Positions 1-12,965 of a stretch of 64,000 nt of DNA are shown here, piece by piece. Source of the DNA: Cyanophora paradoxa CCMP329 (Eukaryota; Plantae; Glaucophyta); contig QPMI01000473.1 of the NCBI GenBank assembly GCA_004431415.1, forward strand, positions 62,001 through 126,000, given 5' to 3'. A program made the position numbers and the translations under genes. A model generated the notes under the pieces. That model searched no databases, was not told where the DNA came from, and saw nothing but the letters and a program-made list of their open reading frames with translations. Numbering within the stretch: the stretch's first letter is position 1; the number at the start of each line of letters is the position of its first letter.

Positions 1-1379
1 TTGATCGTAGCGCGAGGACCACGAAGTCTGCGATACCCTAATGCTTAAGCTTTCGTATAAAACCGATTGCGATTGTGTGGGTAGATCTAGAGTCCAGATT
101 CTATGCATGATCACCTGGTATGCCGTCACGTTGGAGGGGGCGAATCGCACGTCAGGGTCCTGCAGAGAATTGACGACGCGATTATTGATGACATGGTTTC
201 GCTGAGGCGAAGCTTAAGCGAGCGGCTCACCCGAAGTGGCCAAGGCGACATAGAAACGAAAGCAAACTCTACCGGTTTTAAGGCTCCCATCGCGTATGGC
301 CGAAGCTGGTTACTGACGTCTCTGTAAAACTTGCACTTATTGAAATCTAGGTCGTATTCTGCATCCACCCGCACGTTCAGCCACAAAAACGAGCGACCTC
401 AAAAGCGAATGGCCATATGCATGGCGCACCACAATAGAAGAAAGAGCCTAGGCTGGAGCGCGAAACAATGCCAAGCCGGTGCGAGGCTTCTCGCTCTCCG
501 ACGGGAAACGCCGCGAGCGGTGCCGCATGAACGATGACGGCGTCGACATCAAGCGCTACGCGCGAGCCTGCAGGCGCCTCACTCGAATGAGTTTACGAGG
601 AGGGAAGCGCATCGATCGCAAGCTCGAGGCATAGGTGCGCCCCGCGCGGGGGCGATATCGATTGCAATTGCAACGCACCGACAGTGTCCTGAGCGCCGAA
701 CGCGCCGGGCGCCGGGGCTATACACAAAGCTAAGGCTATGCAGACGAAGAGATCTAGACAAAGGATGAGAGGCAAAGGAAAGTGCGAATTCGAAGGGGAC
801 GTGCGCATTGTGCGCGGGGATGCATCTGGAAGCTTGCGCTCACGGTCACGTGCACGGTCAGGGCGCGCATACGTCACAGCGTAGCTTGCTGCCGATATCG
901 ATACATTATAGTTATGCATATGGCTGCGATCAGATCCGACCATCGCGTCCGACATGTACATCGTGCGCTCGCTTGTATCTGCTGCCGATGCGACGATTGC
1001 CCTCCGAGGCTCCCGGATCCGGAGTCCGATGCGCAAGCTAAGTATACGTTTTGGTATACGTAACCTAACCAATGCTGGTGCTGCTAAATGCTCAGCGGCT
1101 AGTTATAATATGTGTACGTACTCGATACTGAAGCAGTAGTATACGTACGCGTACTATTACTGCTGATTAGATTCGGTACTTCCGAGCCTTTCTTGCAGGC
1201 CTGCGATACCGAGCCTTTCTTGCAGGCTGTTGCAGCTGCCGCAGTAATAGTGCCAGCCCGGCCTGCCAGGCAGCGGATCGATATCAGGCTCCGATCAGCG
1301 CTACTGGCTAAGTATAGGCTTAGTACTAAGTAGGCTAGCGGTTCGCCGGTTAACGCGTACGTTCCCGGCGCAAGTTGCC

Positions 1380-2170
1380 GCGCAACTTCCCGCAGCCACG
1401 TGCATGCGTACCGTAGTAGTACGGTTACTACTAGGCTACGGTAGTACCGTAGCTGCGTAGAGTCGGCGTAGACTCCGTTGTACTATAGCTAGTACTAGTA
1501 CTACCGTAGTAGTACGGACCCCTACGGTACGAGCTTTCAAGGAAATTCAAGCTACGGCTACTAGCCTAGTAGGCTAGTACTACTGCTTCTACGCATACGA
1601 GCCTCGGACTCCGGGAGCCTGAGAGTCGACGTCGACGTCGGAGGCCCGCGGCCCGCCGCGCCGGCGGCGCCGCCCACGCGTACGCGTACCGCGGCGTACT
1701 ACGGTACGACCGGCGACAGGCGTTCGACGGTCGATCGACACTGCCAGGCTGTGACAGTGTGACACTGATCATGATACTACCGGGTAACTACCCCGGTAGT
1801 ATATATATCGGAGTCCGGACTCAGGACCGGAGTCACGCTCTGGAGTCTAGATCCGAGTCATCCGACGTCCGACGTCCGACGATCGTCCGCATGCGCAGCT
1901 GCAGGCTGCAGCCTGCAGCCTGCAGCCTGGGCCGCAGGCCCGCAGCTCAGCGGCTGCAGCCTGCAGCCTGCAGCCTGCAGGCTGCAGCTGCGGAGCCTGC
2001 AGCAGCCTGCCAGCAGGTCTCGCACCGGCCGCGGCCCGCGGGCACTGGCAGGCAGTGGCAGCTGCAGACTGCAGTGCAGCTAGGCTGCACTGCGGGCAGC
2101 TGCAGCTGCAGCCTGCAGTCTGCGGCAGCTGCCGCAGTGCGCATGCAGCGCTACCGTACCGTAGCCTGAT
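1380..2170. repeat. palindrome-saturated low-complexity intergenic DNA (TACTAGTA, GTCGAC, CTGCAG arrays)
   Basis: Dense short palindromes and CTG/CAG iterations seen directly. Confidence 0.75.
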
Positions 2171-2257
2171 CATGAATCTGCTGCCTGATGCACTGATTGA
2201 GAGCGAGCCTGTGGAGGTCGCGGATCGTTATCTGAACCGTCAAGTCAGACTGCTAGC

Positions 2258-2913
2258 TAGGCCTGCGGCTTGCTGTCAAGCCCTTGAGCCAAGCCCTTGA
2301 GCCGGGCTGAGGGGTCAAGCCCTTGCCCGGCTTTTGGCCGGCTCAAGCCGGCTCAAGCCCTGGAGAGGGGGGGGGTGGGGGGGTGGGGGGGCGTCGGAGG
2401 GGGGTGCCGGACCGTCGGACGCATGCGCAGCTAATTATATATGATTCGAAGGGGCAGCCTGCAGCTGCGGACGGACGCAGCCGTACGCGGACGCAGCTGC
2501 AGACGGACGCAGCCAGCGCTAGCGCTCGCTGGCCCTGCGCACGTGCACGGCCGCGGCGCCGGCCGCGCGTGGCGCGCCCGCGGCCCGGCCCTGCGGCCGG
2601 CGCCGGCGCGGGCCGCCGGGCGCCGGCCTGCCAGCCTGGCAGGCTGGCAACTTCAAAAGGCTTGGCAACGGTTGGAGCGCGTTTCTTTGTGAACTCGAGC
2701 TCGAAGCTAAATACAAGCATTTCGCTGCGGTGCAAAGGGCTTCCGGAACTGTACCCCCCCTAAGGCTTGCCGCAAGCCCGGCCAAGGGCTTGACCCCGCC
2801 GGGAGCCCAAGCCCTTGGGCCGGCCGGACAACCGTCTTGGCTTGGCTTGACCGCGAGCGCCCAGGGCTTGGCTTGGCTTAAGCCGACTTTTTGGCCGGCA
2901 AGCCGCACCCCTA
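2258..2913. mobile_element. hAT-type MITE (656 bp)
   Basis: 15-bp TIRs TAGGCCTGCGGCTTG / rc TAGGGGTGCGGCTTG. Perfect 8-bp TSD CTGCTAGC (2250-2257, 2914-2921). Subterminal CAAGCC/GGCTTG arrays; no coding capacity. Confidence 0.9.
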
Positions 2914-2983
2914 CTGCTAGCTATGCATAGTCATTGCATACAAGCGTGCAGCCTGCCGGCCTGCCTGCCAGCTGGCAGGTCCG

Positions 2984-3243
2984 TAGGGCACTTAAGTACC
3001 GCGGGCACTTAACTAACGTGGTACCAAATTAACGCGCCAAACGTTTGTTAAAACGCGGTAATTTGGTGCCGCGCAGTCGCGGTACGGTAATTTGCCGCTG
3101 AGAAGCTGCCCCCCCCTAAAATTGCTGCCCCATACAAGCCTCAAAATTTTAAACCCGCGTTAATTTGGTACCGCGGTATTTCGCTCAGAGGAGGGCCATT
3201 TTTAAAACCGCGTTAATTAACGCCGCAGTAATTTAGTGCCCGA
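2984..3243. mobile_element. degenerate MITE (probably hAT-like)
   Basis: Imperfect ~21-bp TIRs (TAGGGCACTTAAGTACCGCGG vs rc TCGGGCACTAAATTACTGCGG) and repeated internal CGCGTTAATT/GGTACC motifs. TSD not intact. Confidence 0.55.
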
Positions 3244-3668
3244 CGGTACCGGTAGCGAGTGCAGGTACTACGGTAGAGGGCAGGTACCGCGTACGTAAAA
3301 AAGAGGCTCCTAGCTCGCGGGCAGCCTTGCCTCCTAGCTCGAGGCTCCTGGACCGACTTTTTTGTACCCCCAGACCGAGGCAGGCTGGACCGTCGCCGTC
3401 CGTCGGACTCTACTAGGCAGCCTAGGCAGGCTAGGCTAGATCTAGATCTGGGCCGCAGACTGGGCGGCGACCGTCGGACTGGGCCTAGGCCAGGAGGCTA
3501 GCGCTGGAGCCTGGAGGGCCAGTAGTACCCAGTACTAGTGGAGGGCCACTGGAGGCCCTGGATCGACTATAGCTAGTACTCCCTGGAAGTCCCTGCCACT
3601 GCCAGGGCCCAGTGGCTGCCAGAGTCCCTCGGCCTGCGAGGCTGCGACTCCCTGGAGGGCCAGATCTA

Positions 3669-3942
3669 CCGTAAAACACAATTGCAATATTAGTTCGCAC
3701 GATATTAGTGCGTTTTCCAAAAGTTTAGACCCGGACCGGGCCGGACCCCGACCATAGTAATTAGTTCGGTCTCAAATTAGTGCGTTTTTTCGTTTCCAGT
3801 ACATAGGCGGCAGTAGTTTCTTAGCGTCCTTTAATTTGTGCGGTCTCAAATTAGCTATAGTGCGTTTTCATGGCCAAAAACGCACTAATTTGGTACCGCA
3901 CTAATATTATGCGCGCACTACCGGGAATATTCTGTCTTACGG
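3669..3942. mobile_element. Tc1/mariner (pogo/Tc2-like) MITE
   Basis: TA-flanked CCGTAA(A/G)ACA(C/G)AAT termini; repeated ATTAGTGCG subterminal motif in inverted orientation at the two ends. Confidence 0.7.
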
Positions 3943-4119
3943 TAGAGTCGCCAGACCTGGCCACTGCCGCATGCGCATTGCGCACTGCGGCCAGTGTCAC
4001 GCCTGGCAGTGTGGAGTCACTGTGGACTCACTGTGGAGTCACTGTGGACACTGTGGAGCTCGACTCTCTTGCCTGCTCGAGGCTGCATGGAGCCATGATG
4101 GAGGCTGGAGCGGCGCCGG

Positions 4120-4510
4120 TAGGGTTGCCGTGTCAATTGACATGTCAGTCTACCCTGTGGACATTGACATCGGACATTTGACATGTCAACCGACATGTCA
4201 ACTGACATTGATTATTATATTATATTATATTATATTATTTTCCAAAAGTGAGGCGGCGGGGCAGCTTGGGCGAGGTCCTCAGCGCCTCCCCGCTGCCCTC
4301 TGCCTCCTTCCTAACATCAGAAACGTGCTGCTAACGCTTGCAGAGTGCTGCTTACATGTTTTAATCATGTTTGCAGGCGTTTTAGCTTGTTTGGAGGGGT
4401 ATCCCCCCCAATGTCAATGGACATGTCAACCCGGACCCGTGGACATTGACATGACATGTCAACTGACATTGACATGTCAATGTCAATTGACATCGGACAC
4501 GGCAACCCTA
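4120..4510. mobile_element. hAT-like MITE (391 bp)
   Basis: Perfect 15-bp TIR TAGGGTTGCCGTGTC; subterminal GACATGTCAA/GACATTGAC arrays at both ends; no clean 8-bp TSD. Confidence 0.8.
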
Positions 4511-5996
4511 GCGGCGGAGCCTCTGAGACTCTGCATGATCATGCATATGACTGTGAGTCTGTGACATGACGTTGCAATTGATCATGGCACAGTGCGCAGA
4601 GGAGAGACCGGCCTCGGATCCGAGTCGGAGGCCCGGAGTGCCGGCGGAGGGCCGGAGGCCCTGTGACATGTGACAACGCGAATCGTTTTTGCAATTGATC
4701 ATGAATCATGATCATTCATGCATATGATTGGATCCGGCCGGATACAACTACTAGCCAACTAGTACTCAACTTGGCAAAAAGGGAGGGAGAGGGCCCGGGA
4801 GTGGGCGGAGGCAGCAGCGGGACCGGGAGGAGGGGCAGCGGAACCGGGAGGAGGGGCAGCGGATACGGGGCGGGGCAGGGAGGGGGCGGGGACGACGGTG
4901 TGCACGTGGAGGGAGCGTGGGCAGTTACAATAGGACTCCGGGAACGGAGGGCAGGGAGGGTGAGGGCGAGGCGGGCTGCGAGGGTCGGGCGGGGTCGGGA
5001 GGCGGGCGGGGAGGCGAGGGTCGGCCGAAGCCGGGCGGGGGGGGGGGGGGGGGGGGGTTGGGGGGGGGGGGGGGGGGGGGGCTTGTTACACATGCATATG
5101 TACAAGCAGCGAGTTGACTAAATGTCTCATACAACGTAAGCGTGCTAGCGCTTGGACGGCTCTAAGCACTGCAGACGCACCGGGACGCGCGAAGCGAGCC
5201 GGGCCGGAGTGGCCGGACGTCCCAGCAGGCGGCAATGAAAGGCCGAGTTACGTACCCCCTGTAGCTTCGCGCCTGGCGCGCCACATGTGCAGGCCCACAG
5301 TCGCATGGCCAGGAAGTAGCCGCAGCTCCGCAGACAGGTCCAAATATCCGCGCCACGGAAGGCCGACCACGGGGTCGACGGTATTCCCGTACCCCGTACC
5401 CCCGTAGCCACGGTATACGTAGCGCAATATAGCGCTATAGCTAGCCTCACGCGCGCCACGGCGCCGGCGCCGGCCGCGGCCCCGCGCGCGCGCGCGCGCC
5501 GGTAAGCAGCAGCGCAGCCGCATAGCCTAGTAGACAGCTGCTGCGTCAAGCAGCAAGCTTAAGCGGGGGGGGGGGGGGGGGGGGGGGGACGCGGGCGGCA
5601 TATGCTTCAGGGGGATGCATATGAGTCGGATGAGACGATGAATATTTAATAGAGGCGGAATTTCGCCTGGCGCGCCACAGGCCCACAGCCGCCAGCAGCT
5701 CGCACTGAACGGCCGCCTGGTTCAGATCCAGAGCCTCCGAGGCTCGCGTCGGATCCGACCGCGGAGTAATTACGTAAACATGCATATGAGCCTTCGGAGC
5801 AGCACCCTCTGCCGGCGGAGCCAATTGCAACAGGACCATAAAATGCACACATCAACGCGTAATCTGAACTAATTACTCTGATATATAAAATCTACTTCCA
5901 CTCCGCACCGACTCAATGTCTCGAAACGCAAGGCAGGGGCGCGGCCCGGCGGCGGCGGGGGCGGGCCGGCATCGACGGCGGCGGGGGCGCCAGAGG

Positions 5997-7552
5997 CTAG
6001 AAGGCGCAGAAGGCCTTGTAGAAAACGAAGAGGGCGGCGGCGCCGAGGGGCACGTAGGCGAGGGGCGGGGCGCGCAGGGGCCCGAGGGCGAGGCGGGCGA
6101 GGCGGGGCGCGGCGCGGCGGAGGCGGGCGCCGGCCCAGGCGAGGGTCGCCGCGTCCCCGGCCACGAGGAGGAGGTCCCGGGCGAGGATGGAGCCGCCGAG
6201 TCCCAACAGTCCCCACAGCACCCGCTCCGTCAGCGCGATCGCCACGTGCCCCGCCGCCACGATAAGCGGCAGCGCGAGGCGGGCCGGGCAGCAGCAGCCG
6301 CCGCCCCCGCCGCTCCCGGCCTCGTTTTCGGAGTATTCGTAGCGGGCGTCGGCGAAGGGGAGGAGGCAGTAGGCCGAGGCGAGCTCCGTCAGGCTGAAGA
6401 AGAGCTGCCCCGCGTACCCCCCCGCTCAGCTTCGGGGGGGGGGGGGGGGGGGGGGGGGCGGGGCAGGGGCGGGCCTGGGAGGCGAGGAGGGGCTGGGTCC
6501 CCAGGCCGCTCTCGTTCAGGTAGTTGAAGACGCACCTGCCGCCGGGGGCCCTGAGGAGGGGGGGAAGAGAGAGGGGGTACGCGCACCAGGAGCCGTAGAA
6601 GTGGGAGAAGAAAGAGGCGGCGAGGACGAGGAAGGGGCCCCATCGGAGGCGGCCAGCGACCGCCAGCGACGCCGCCCGCCCCAGGCCGGCCGCCAGGACC
6701 TGCCCCGCCCTCCCCGCTCGAGGAGGGCGGGCGGGGGTACGCAAGCAGCGCGGGCGCGCGCCTGCATGTAGAGGAGGAACCAGAGGAGGATCCAGAGGGT
6801 CGTCCGCTCCATGTTGAAGTAGACGTACTTGTACCCCCGCACGTTCCCCCCGTGCGCCCCTGCCGGGCCCGGGTGTGGGTCCCCGCCACGGCCGCCCGCC
6901 CCGCGCAGCGGCGGTCGGCTGGGCGCACCTTTGAACTTGCCGTCAAAGCAGTCGTTCTGGCAGCTCTGCCTGTCTGCTCCCGCCGCGCTCAGGTTCACTG
7001 CGCGGCCGCGGCGGCGGCGGATGTGAACACGCGCGGGTGCGCGCGGGTGCCTCGGCCGGCCCGGCGGCGCGCACCGCCGCTGCCGGCGACATTGACCAGC
7101 AGGGCGACCACAAAGACGGCGGCCGGGGCGAGGACGCGCCCTGCCACGAACGCCGCCGGCGCCCGGAGCTCCGCAAGCGCCGCTCGCAAGGTGGATGCGG
7201 CGCCGCCGCCGGCCGAGTCCGGCGTCGGAGTGTACGAGCATATCTCGTGGCCGGCGATGAGGATGCGCCTCGTGGCGGACGACCGCGCGCCGTCGGGGTC
7301 GTCGTCGCCCCAACCGCCGGACGAGAGCGGGAGCAGCGGGCCGTCCCCCTTGCCATTCTGCGCATGTTCAAGCGCTGTAAGACCGTGCGAGCACGCCGCA
7401 GCAAGCCAGGCTCGGCGGGCGGGGCCGTCTCTGAGTTGCTCGCACCATAGTCTCAGGCATCGATGTGGCGCATGGGCAGGCGCTGCGGCCGCGCTAGCTG
7501 GGTTCGCCGCTGCAACCGGCGGCACCCAGCGCGTCGATCCGCGCGGCGCCAA
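5997..7552 (-). CDS. conserved uncharacterised multi-pass membrane protein (spliced; start uncertain)
   Basis: Exon peptides CQNDCFDGKFKG, GYKYVYFNMERTTLWILLWFLLY, FSHFYGSW, VFNYLNE, QLFFSLTEL, ARDLLLVAGD, with several hydrophobic helices; stop at 5997-5999. Confidence 0.6.
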
Positions 7553-7763
7553 GCGCTTCGTCCCGGGGTACAGGGGCGCACGCCGGGTACAGTCGCAAAC
7601 ACTGAACCAGGCGGCGCAGACATCCGGCTATCTGGGCATCCATAAAGCCAACAAGGGCTTGGGCCTATCTCTATGCTGCGGCCCGGCCCCACCGCCAGCG
7701 ACATGAGCGTTTTGCTGCGATGCTCTAGCTAGCAGCACGATGCATCGGCGGGCTTGAGCTAGG

Positions 7764-10700
7764 ATGTCAGAGCAGCAGGATCAAAGGCCAGTTCCGCCCG
7801 CCGGGCCGAGCGGGCCGCCCCGTGGCACTCCCTTCGTTGCCAAGGAGTCTCCACGGCTGGTGGTAGACTCTGCCCGGCCCGAAGCATCAGCTCGCAACGG
7901 ATCCAACGACGATGGGCAGCCCGGGGACTTCGCGAGTGCGGACGAGGCGAGGAACGAGAGCACCTCGACCAAAAACACAAGCGGGTCGACGGCCGCCTCG
8001 ACGTCCCCGCGCAGGCGGGGCGGGTCCCGGGCAGGCTCTCGCGCCGGGAGCCGTGCGTCGTCGTTCACCTCCGGCGGGAACACGTCCGGCTACACCGTCG
8101 ACAGGCACGCCGCCGCAGATCGCCGGCGCCCGGCGCCGCTGACGCGTTCCGCGCGCCCCCGCAGCGGCTTCGCCCCGAGCGAGGACGCGGAGTTCAGCCC
8201 CGTGTGGGAGATCAACGCGCCGTCGCTGATCGCGCGCGTGAACCAGCTCCCCGCCGTCGGCGGCGGCTCCCGCAGGTGCGCCCGGGCCCCTCGCCCGCCC
8301 TGGCCCGCCCCGCGCCGACGACGCCGCCGCCGCGGGCGCGCAGGAGCGCGTACGAGTACTCCGTGGACTCGGGCTTCTCGCCCTCGGACCGCCTGGCGCG
8401 CGTGGGCAAGGGCAAGCAGCGGCGGCGCGCCTCGGATGACTCTGCCCTCGCCCCGCGCCCCAGCGCCCGCGCCCCGGGCCTCGCGCCCGCTCAAAACGCC
8501 CGCGAACGCCTACAGTCTGCTGCCTTCGTCTACGAGAGGTGCGGCCCCCCTCCGCCCAGTCGCCCCGGCCTGACCGGGTGGGGCGGCAGCCGGGAGACGC
8601 AGGGGAGCGGGGCGGGCGTGGGCCACACGGACGACTTTCGGCTGGCGCTGGACCAGCACGCAGGGCGGCGGCCGCCCCCGGAGGGCGCCGCCGCCGCCCC
8701 CGCCGCCGCCGCCGCCGCCGCCAACGCCGCCGTCGCGGCGCACGTCTCCCGTTTCATCTCCTCCGCGGCCGTCGGCCTCGGCCCGGGCTCGGACGGCTCC
8801 GGCTCGGGGCGGGGCGCCTCCCAGGGACAGGGCTCCCGCCCCTGAGCCGCCCCAAGTCGGCCCCCTCGGCCACCCGCTCGGGCCGCAGCCGCAGCCGGCG
8901 GCGGACGCTCGCGCGCACGGCCACCGCGCACTCGCCGGCGGGCGGCGCCGGCGGCGAGGACGGGAGCGGCGGGGAGGGCAGCGGCGGGGGCAGCGGCGGT
9001 GACGAGGACGGCGAGGACGGGGGCGAGAGCCGGCACCTGCGCTGGGGCGGCGTCACCGTGCACCGCTTCAAGCACGCGTCGATGAGCGTGGCGACGGGCA
9101 CGAGCGGGGAGGGCTCCCTCGCCCCGCCCGGCTCCTTGGCGGCCCCCGCCCCCTGGAGCGCGCACACGGCGGGGAGCTACGTGCCGATCCTCGTCGCCCC
9201 CGCCCCCGTCGCCTACGGCCACGCCGAGTTCGGCATGCTCGAGCTCGACCGCCTCCCCCCGGCACCCGCCGAGGCCTCGGCGCCGGCCGCGTCGGCGGCG
9301 CCGACCTTCGCGGTCTCGGCGGCGGAGGCGTCGTCGTCGGCCGCCTCGGCGGCTCGGACGGCGGCCTCGCTTGTTACGTACGAGCCGTCGACGCTCGGGC
9401 TGCTGGCCCCGACGCCCCAGCTGCAGGCCGTGCGGGCCCGCCGCGAGTCGATCAAGCGCGCGATGACGACCCTGCTGGGCTCCATCGGGATCACGGGCAC
9501 GGGCCCCGCCTCCAGCGCCGCCTCCACCGCCCGCACCATCGCCTCCCGCTCCCTCTCCGCCATCGGCACCTCGGAGCGCGGCAGCCCGCTCCCGCCCGGC
9601 GGCGGCAGCGGCGAGCCCTCGCCCTCGGCCGGCGGGCCCCTGAACGTCTCGGGGCTCTCGGGGGGCCCGCCGGGCCCCGCCTCGCGCCGCTCGGCCATGC
9701 GCTACCGCACGGGATCCAAGGCCGACAGCCGCAGCACCCTGGCGAGCGTGCCGGGGAGCCCCCGCCCCGAGGAGCAGGACGACGACGAGGAGGGGGGCGA
9801 GGAGGCCGGCGGGCCCCCCGGCGGGCGCCTCTCGCCGCGCTCGGCCGCCTCGGCCGCCTCGCGCGCCACGGGCCGCTCGCTCGCCTCGTCGGCCTCGGAC
9901 GCCGAGTTCGTGGTTCCCGCGCGGGGCGCCAACCTGAAGCTCTACGGCTCGGGCACGGGCGCCCTGGCGCTGGGGAGCTTCAGCCAGAGCCAGCGCGGCG
10001 CCGGCGTCGCGCAGGCCATCGCCGGCCGCGCCGTCCTCACCCGCAAGGAGTCCCTCAACCAGGCGCGCCGGCCGCGCCTCGCCGCGCCCGCCCGCCCGCG
10101 CGCCTCTGACTGACGCCGCGCGCGCAGGCGGTGGCGCGGCTGCTGGGGAGCATCGGGGCCGTCGAGAAGAGCCCGACGGCCTCGCTGGCCGAGGACCCCT
10201 TCCCGTTCAGCCTCTCCGCCGCCGCCGCCGCAGCCGCAGCCGCAGCGGCGGCGGCGGCGGCGGCGGCCGAGGCGGCCGCCGGCGACTCGGATGGGGGCGA
10301 GGCCGGCCCGTCCGTGCACGGCTCGGCAGCCTCGGGCTGGGGCGGCCCCAGCTCGAGCCGGGAGCCCGGCCCCGGCGCCCCGCCCGCCGCCTCGGCCTCG
10401 GCCTCGCCCCCCGCGCGCCCCGCGGCCGAGTCGCCGCTCGCGGTACCCCCCATCGACGTCGTCGCTGTGTCGCCGAGCGGGGGCGCGAGCACGCGGCGGT
10501 CGCGGCGGTCGATAACCGGGTACGACATCATCCACGAGGAGGACGAGCAGCAGGCCAGCGCCTCCCGCGAGGCGCTCGTACCCCCCGCCGCCGCCCCCAC
10601 CGCGCAGCCGGCGCCCCCGGAGCAGCGGTCGGCCAGCCCGCTGCGGCCCACTTCGCCTTTCGCGACGGCGCTGCCGCCGGTGCCGCCCATCCCCCCTCCC

Positions 10701-12900
10701 CGGGCGCCGGCCTCTTCGTGCGCGTGCCGGGCCCGGCCCCGCCCCTCTCCCCGGCCTCCATCCTCGCCTCCAGCGCCCCGGCCCCGAGGCGGGCCACACC
10801 GGCCCGCCCTCCCCGCAGCTCCGCGCCGCCTCCCCCGCCGCCCGCCGCGCCTCCCACCCGCGCGCCGGCCCCGCCCCCCGGACGCCCTCGCCGCCCCCCG
10901 CGGCGCCGGGCACGCGCCCCGCCCTGGACGGAGACTGGTCCCTAAACGTGCGCGGCTTCGGCCGGCGGCCCTCGGACCCCGGCACGCTGCACCGCGTCCC
11001 AGCCGCCGCCGCCGCCGCCGCCGCCGCCGCGGGGAGCCCGAAGAAGCGCCCCTCGACGGGTGTGCCCCCCATCAAGGGCTTCGCCGCCCTGCGCGGGGCC
11101 CCCGCCTCCCTCGCCCGCTCCTTCTCCCACGCCCCGCCCGCACCGCCCCCGCCCGCTCCTCCCCCGCCCCGCGCCCCGGCCCGCCCCGGCCCCGCGGCCG
11201 GCGACGCCCCCCGCCGCCGCGCCGCCCCCGCGGCCGCCCTCCGCCGCCTCTGCCGCCGCGTCCGCCTCGACGCCGGCGCGGCCGGGCTCGTCGGGGGCCC
11301 CCCGGCCGGCCCCGCGCTCGCCGCCGCCCGCTCCCGCGGCTCCTTCGTGACCCTCACCATGGACCCGCCACCCCCGCCCCCGGCCCGCCGCCCCCGCCCC
11401 GCCCCCCGTCGTCGTCGGCCCCCGCCCCCGCTCCCGCGGGTCGGAGCGCGGGGGCCCCTCTGACGCCGGCGGGGCGCCCCTTCGCCCCTCCTCCTCCGCC
11501 TCGTCCCACGCCGGTGCCGGGGGACGCCTGCTCGAGGACTGGAAGGGGATCCCCTGGGAGGACCCGGGCTCTCCCGGCCCCGCCCGCCCCGCTTCGCCCG
11601 GCCTGCCCCGGGGCGCCGGCGGCTCCTCGCTCGGCTTCCCCTGCAGCGTGCCGCCGCAGCCGCTGCCGCTCGTCGGCCCCGACACGCGCCCCGAGCTGCT
11701 CCCGGCCGCCCGCCAGCGCACGCTGGAGCGGGCCATGATTCTGCAGGCCGAGCCGGCCCCGCCCGCCTGGGGCCCCTGGCCCCAGTCCTCCCAGTCCCGC
11801 CCCGGCTCAGCCGCCGGCTTCTTCCCCCCGGAGCCCGTCGCCGGCGCCTCCCTCTCCTCCGCCGCCGCCGCGCAGCAGCCGCAGCCGCCGCCGCAGCAGC
11901 AGCCGCGCTCCTCCCGCTCGTCCCTCGCGGCCTCGCTGGGGCGCCGCGGCCCCGACGCCGGCTCCGGGGCCGCCTCGCCGGCCCCTCCCGGCCCCTCTCC
12001 GCCGCCTCCTCCGCCGCCGCGGCGCCGGGGCCCGCCGCGCGGCCGCCGACCGCCGAGAGCCTCCTCCTCCACAGCCTTGCCAGCGCCGCGGCGGCGTCGC
12101 GCGGCCCGCCCTCCGCCGGCCCTGCCTCCCTCCGCCCCGCCTCCGCCGCCGCCTCAGCCGCCGCCCGCGCCATCGCGGACGCGGGGCACGCCCTGGGCGG
12201 CATGCGCGGCGCCAGCCAGGCGATGCAGGCGGCGGCGCGGCTGCAGCCGCACCGCGGCGACCCGAAGGAGAAGGAGCAGAGGCAGCAGCGCGACGGGCAG
12301 CGGCCGCGCTCCCGCGGGCCCCTGGTACCCCCCCCACACCCCTATCCCTGTCCCTTCTTTCCCTTCTCTGATTCGCCGCAGGGCTCGACGGCGGGCTCGG
12401 CGTCGGAGCCGCACGAGGCGGCGCCGGGCGTGCCCCTGCACCTCGCCTGGACGTACCTCACCGAGGAGGGCCCGCCCCCCGGCCTCGCCCTCGGCCTCCC
12501 CGCCCCGCGCCCCGCCGCCGCCGCCAAGCCCGGCTCCCCCGCGTGCGTACCCCCCGCCCCACCCGCTCCCCCCTCGTTCGCCCGCCGACGGCGCGGGGGG
12601 CGGGCAGGCACGTTGGGGCGATGGTGAGGACGCACCTGGCGCACCGCCTCGAGCACACGCTCTCCGCCGCCCCCGCCCCGCCGCCCCGCCCCCGCAGCCG
12701 CCCCGGCCCCCGCCCCCGCCGCCAGGCCGGCGGCGGCCTCGTCGGGGGCCCTCGGCGGCCCCTCGCACTTCTGGGCGCGCATCGGGGAGGCGTCGGCCCC
12801 GGGGGCCCGCGCCGGCGCCCTCGCCCGCCTCTCCGAGTGGCGCGCCTAGGCGCCGCCCCTCTCCCGGCCCCCTCGCCCTCTCCGTTTCGAATGCGCAACA
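7764..12900 (+). CDS. large Ser/Ala/Pro-rich hypothetical protein (spliced; 3' end approximate)
   Basis: GC3-biased coding exons joined by short introns (e.g. GC-AG 10063-10127 keeps the frame). No recognisable domain; apparent indels may be sequencing errors. Confidence 0.45.
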
Positions 12901-12925
12901 CGAGGCTCGCGCTGCTCCGGCCATG

Positions 12926-12950
<25 letters not shown>
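12926..12950. repeat. (GA)n microsatellite
   Basis: GA dinucleotide run between convergent gene ends. Confidence 0.9.
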
Positions 12951-12956
<6 letters not shown>

Positions 12957-12965
12957 GCGCCCGGG

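Noticed and set aside
126-540. Possible minus-strand gene fragment at the window start
   Set aside because: Short ORFs with no recognisable homology and no resolvable exon structure.
5036-5081. Poly-G tracts as functional G-quadruplex elements
   Set aside because: G/C homopolymers occur throughout introns and intergenic DNA here, and their lengths are unreliable in assemblies.
8820-8850. Programmed frameshift in the large hypothetical gene
   Set aside because: No slippery site; single-base indels in G/C runs recur across genes and look like sequencing errors.
9942-12203. 753-aa minus-strand ORF and many similar Arg/Pro/Gly-rich ORFs
   Set aside because: Shadow frames of very GC-rich spliced genes on the other strand or frame; no domain signal.
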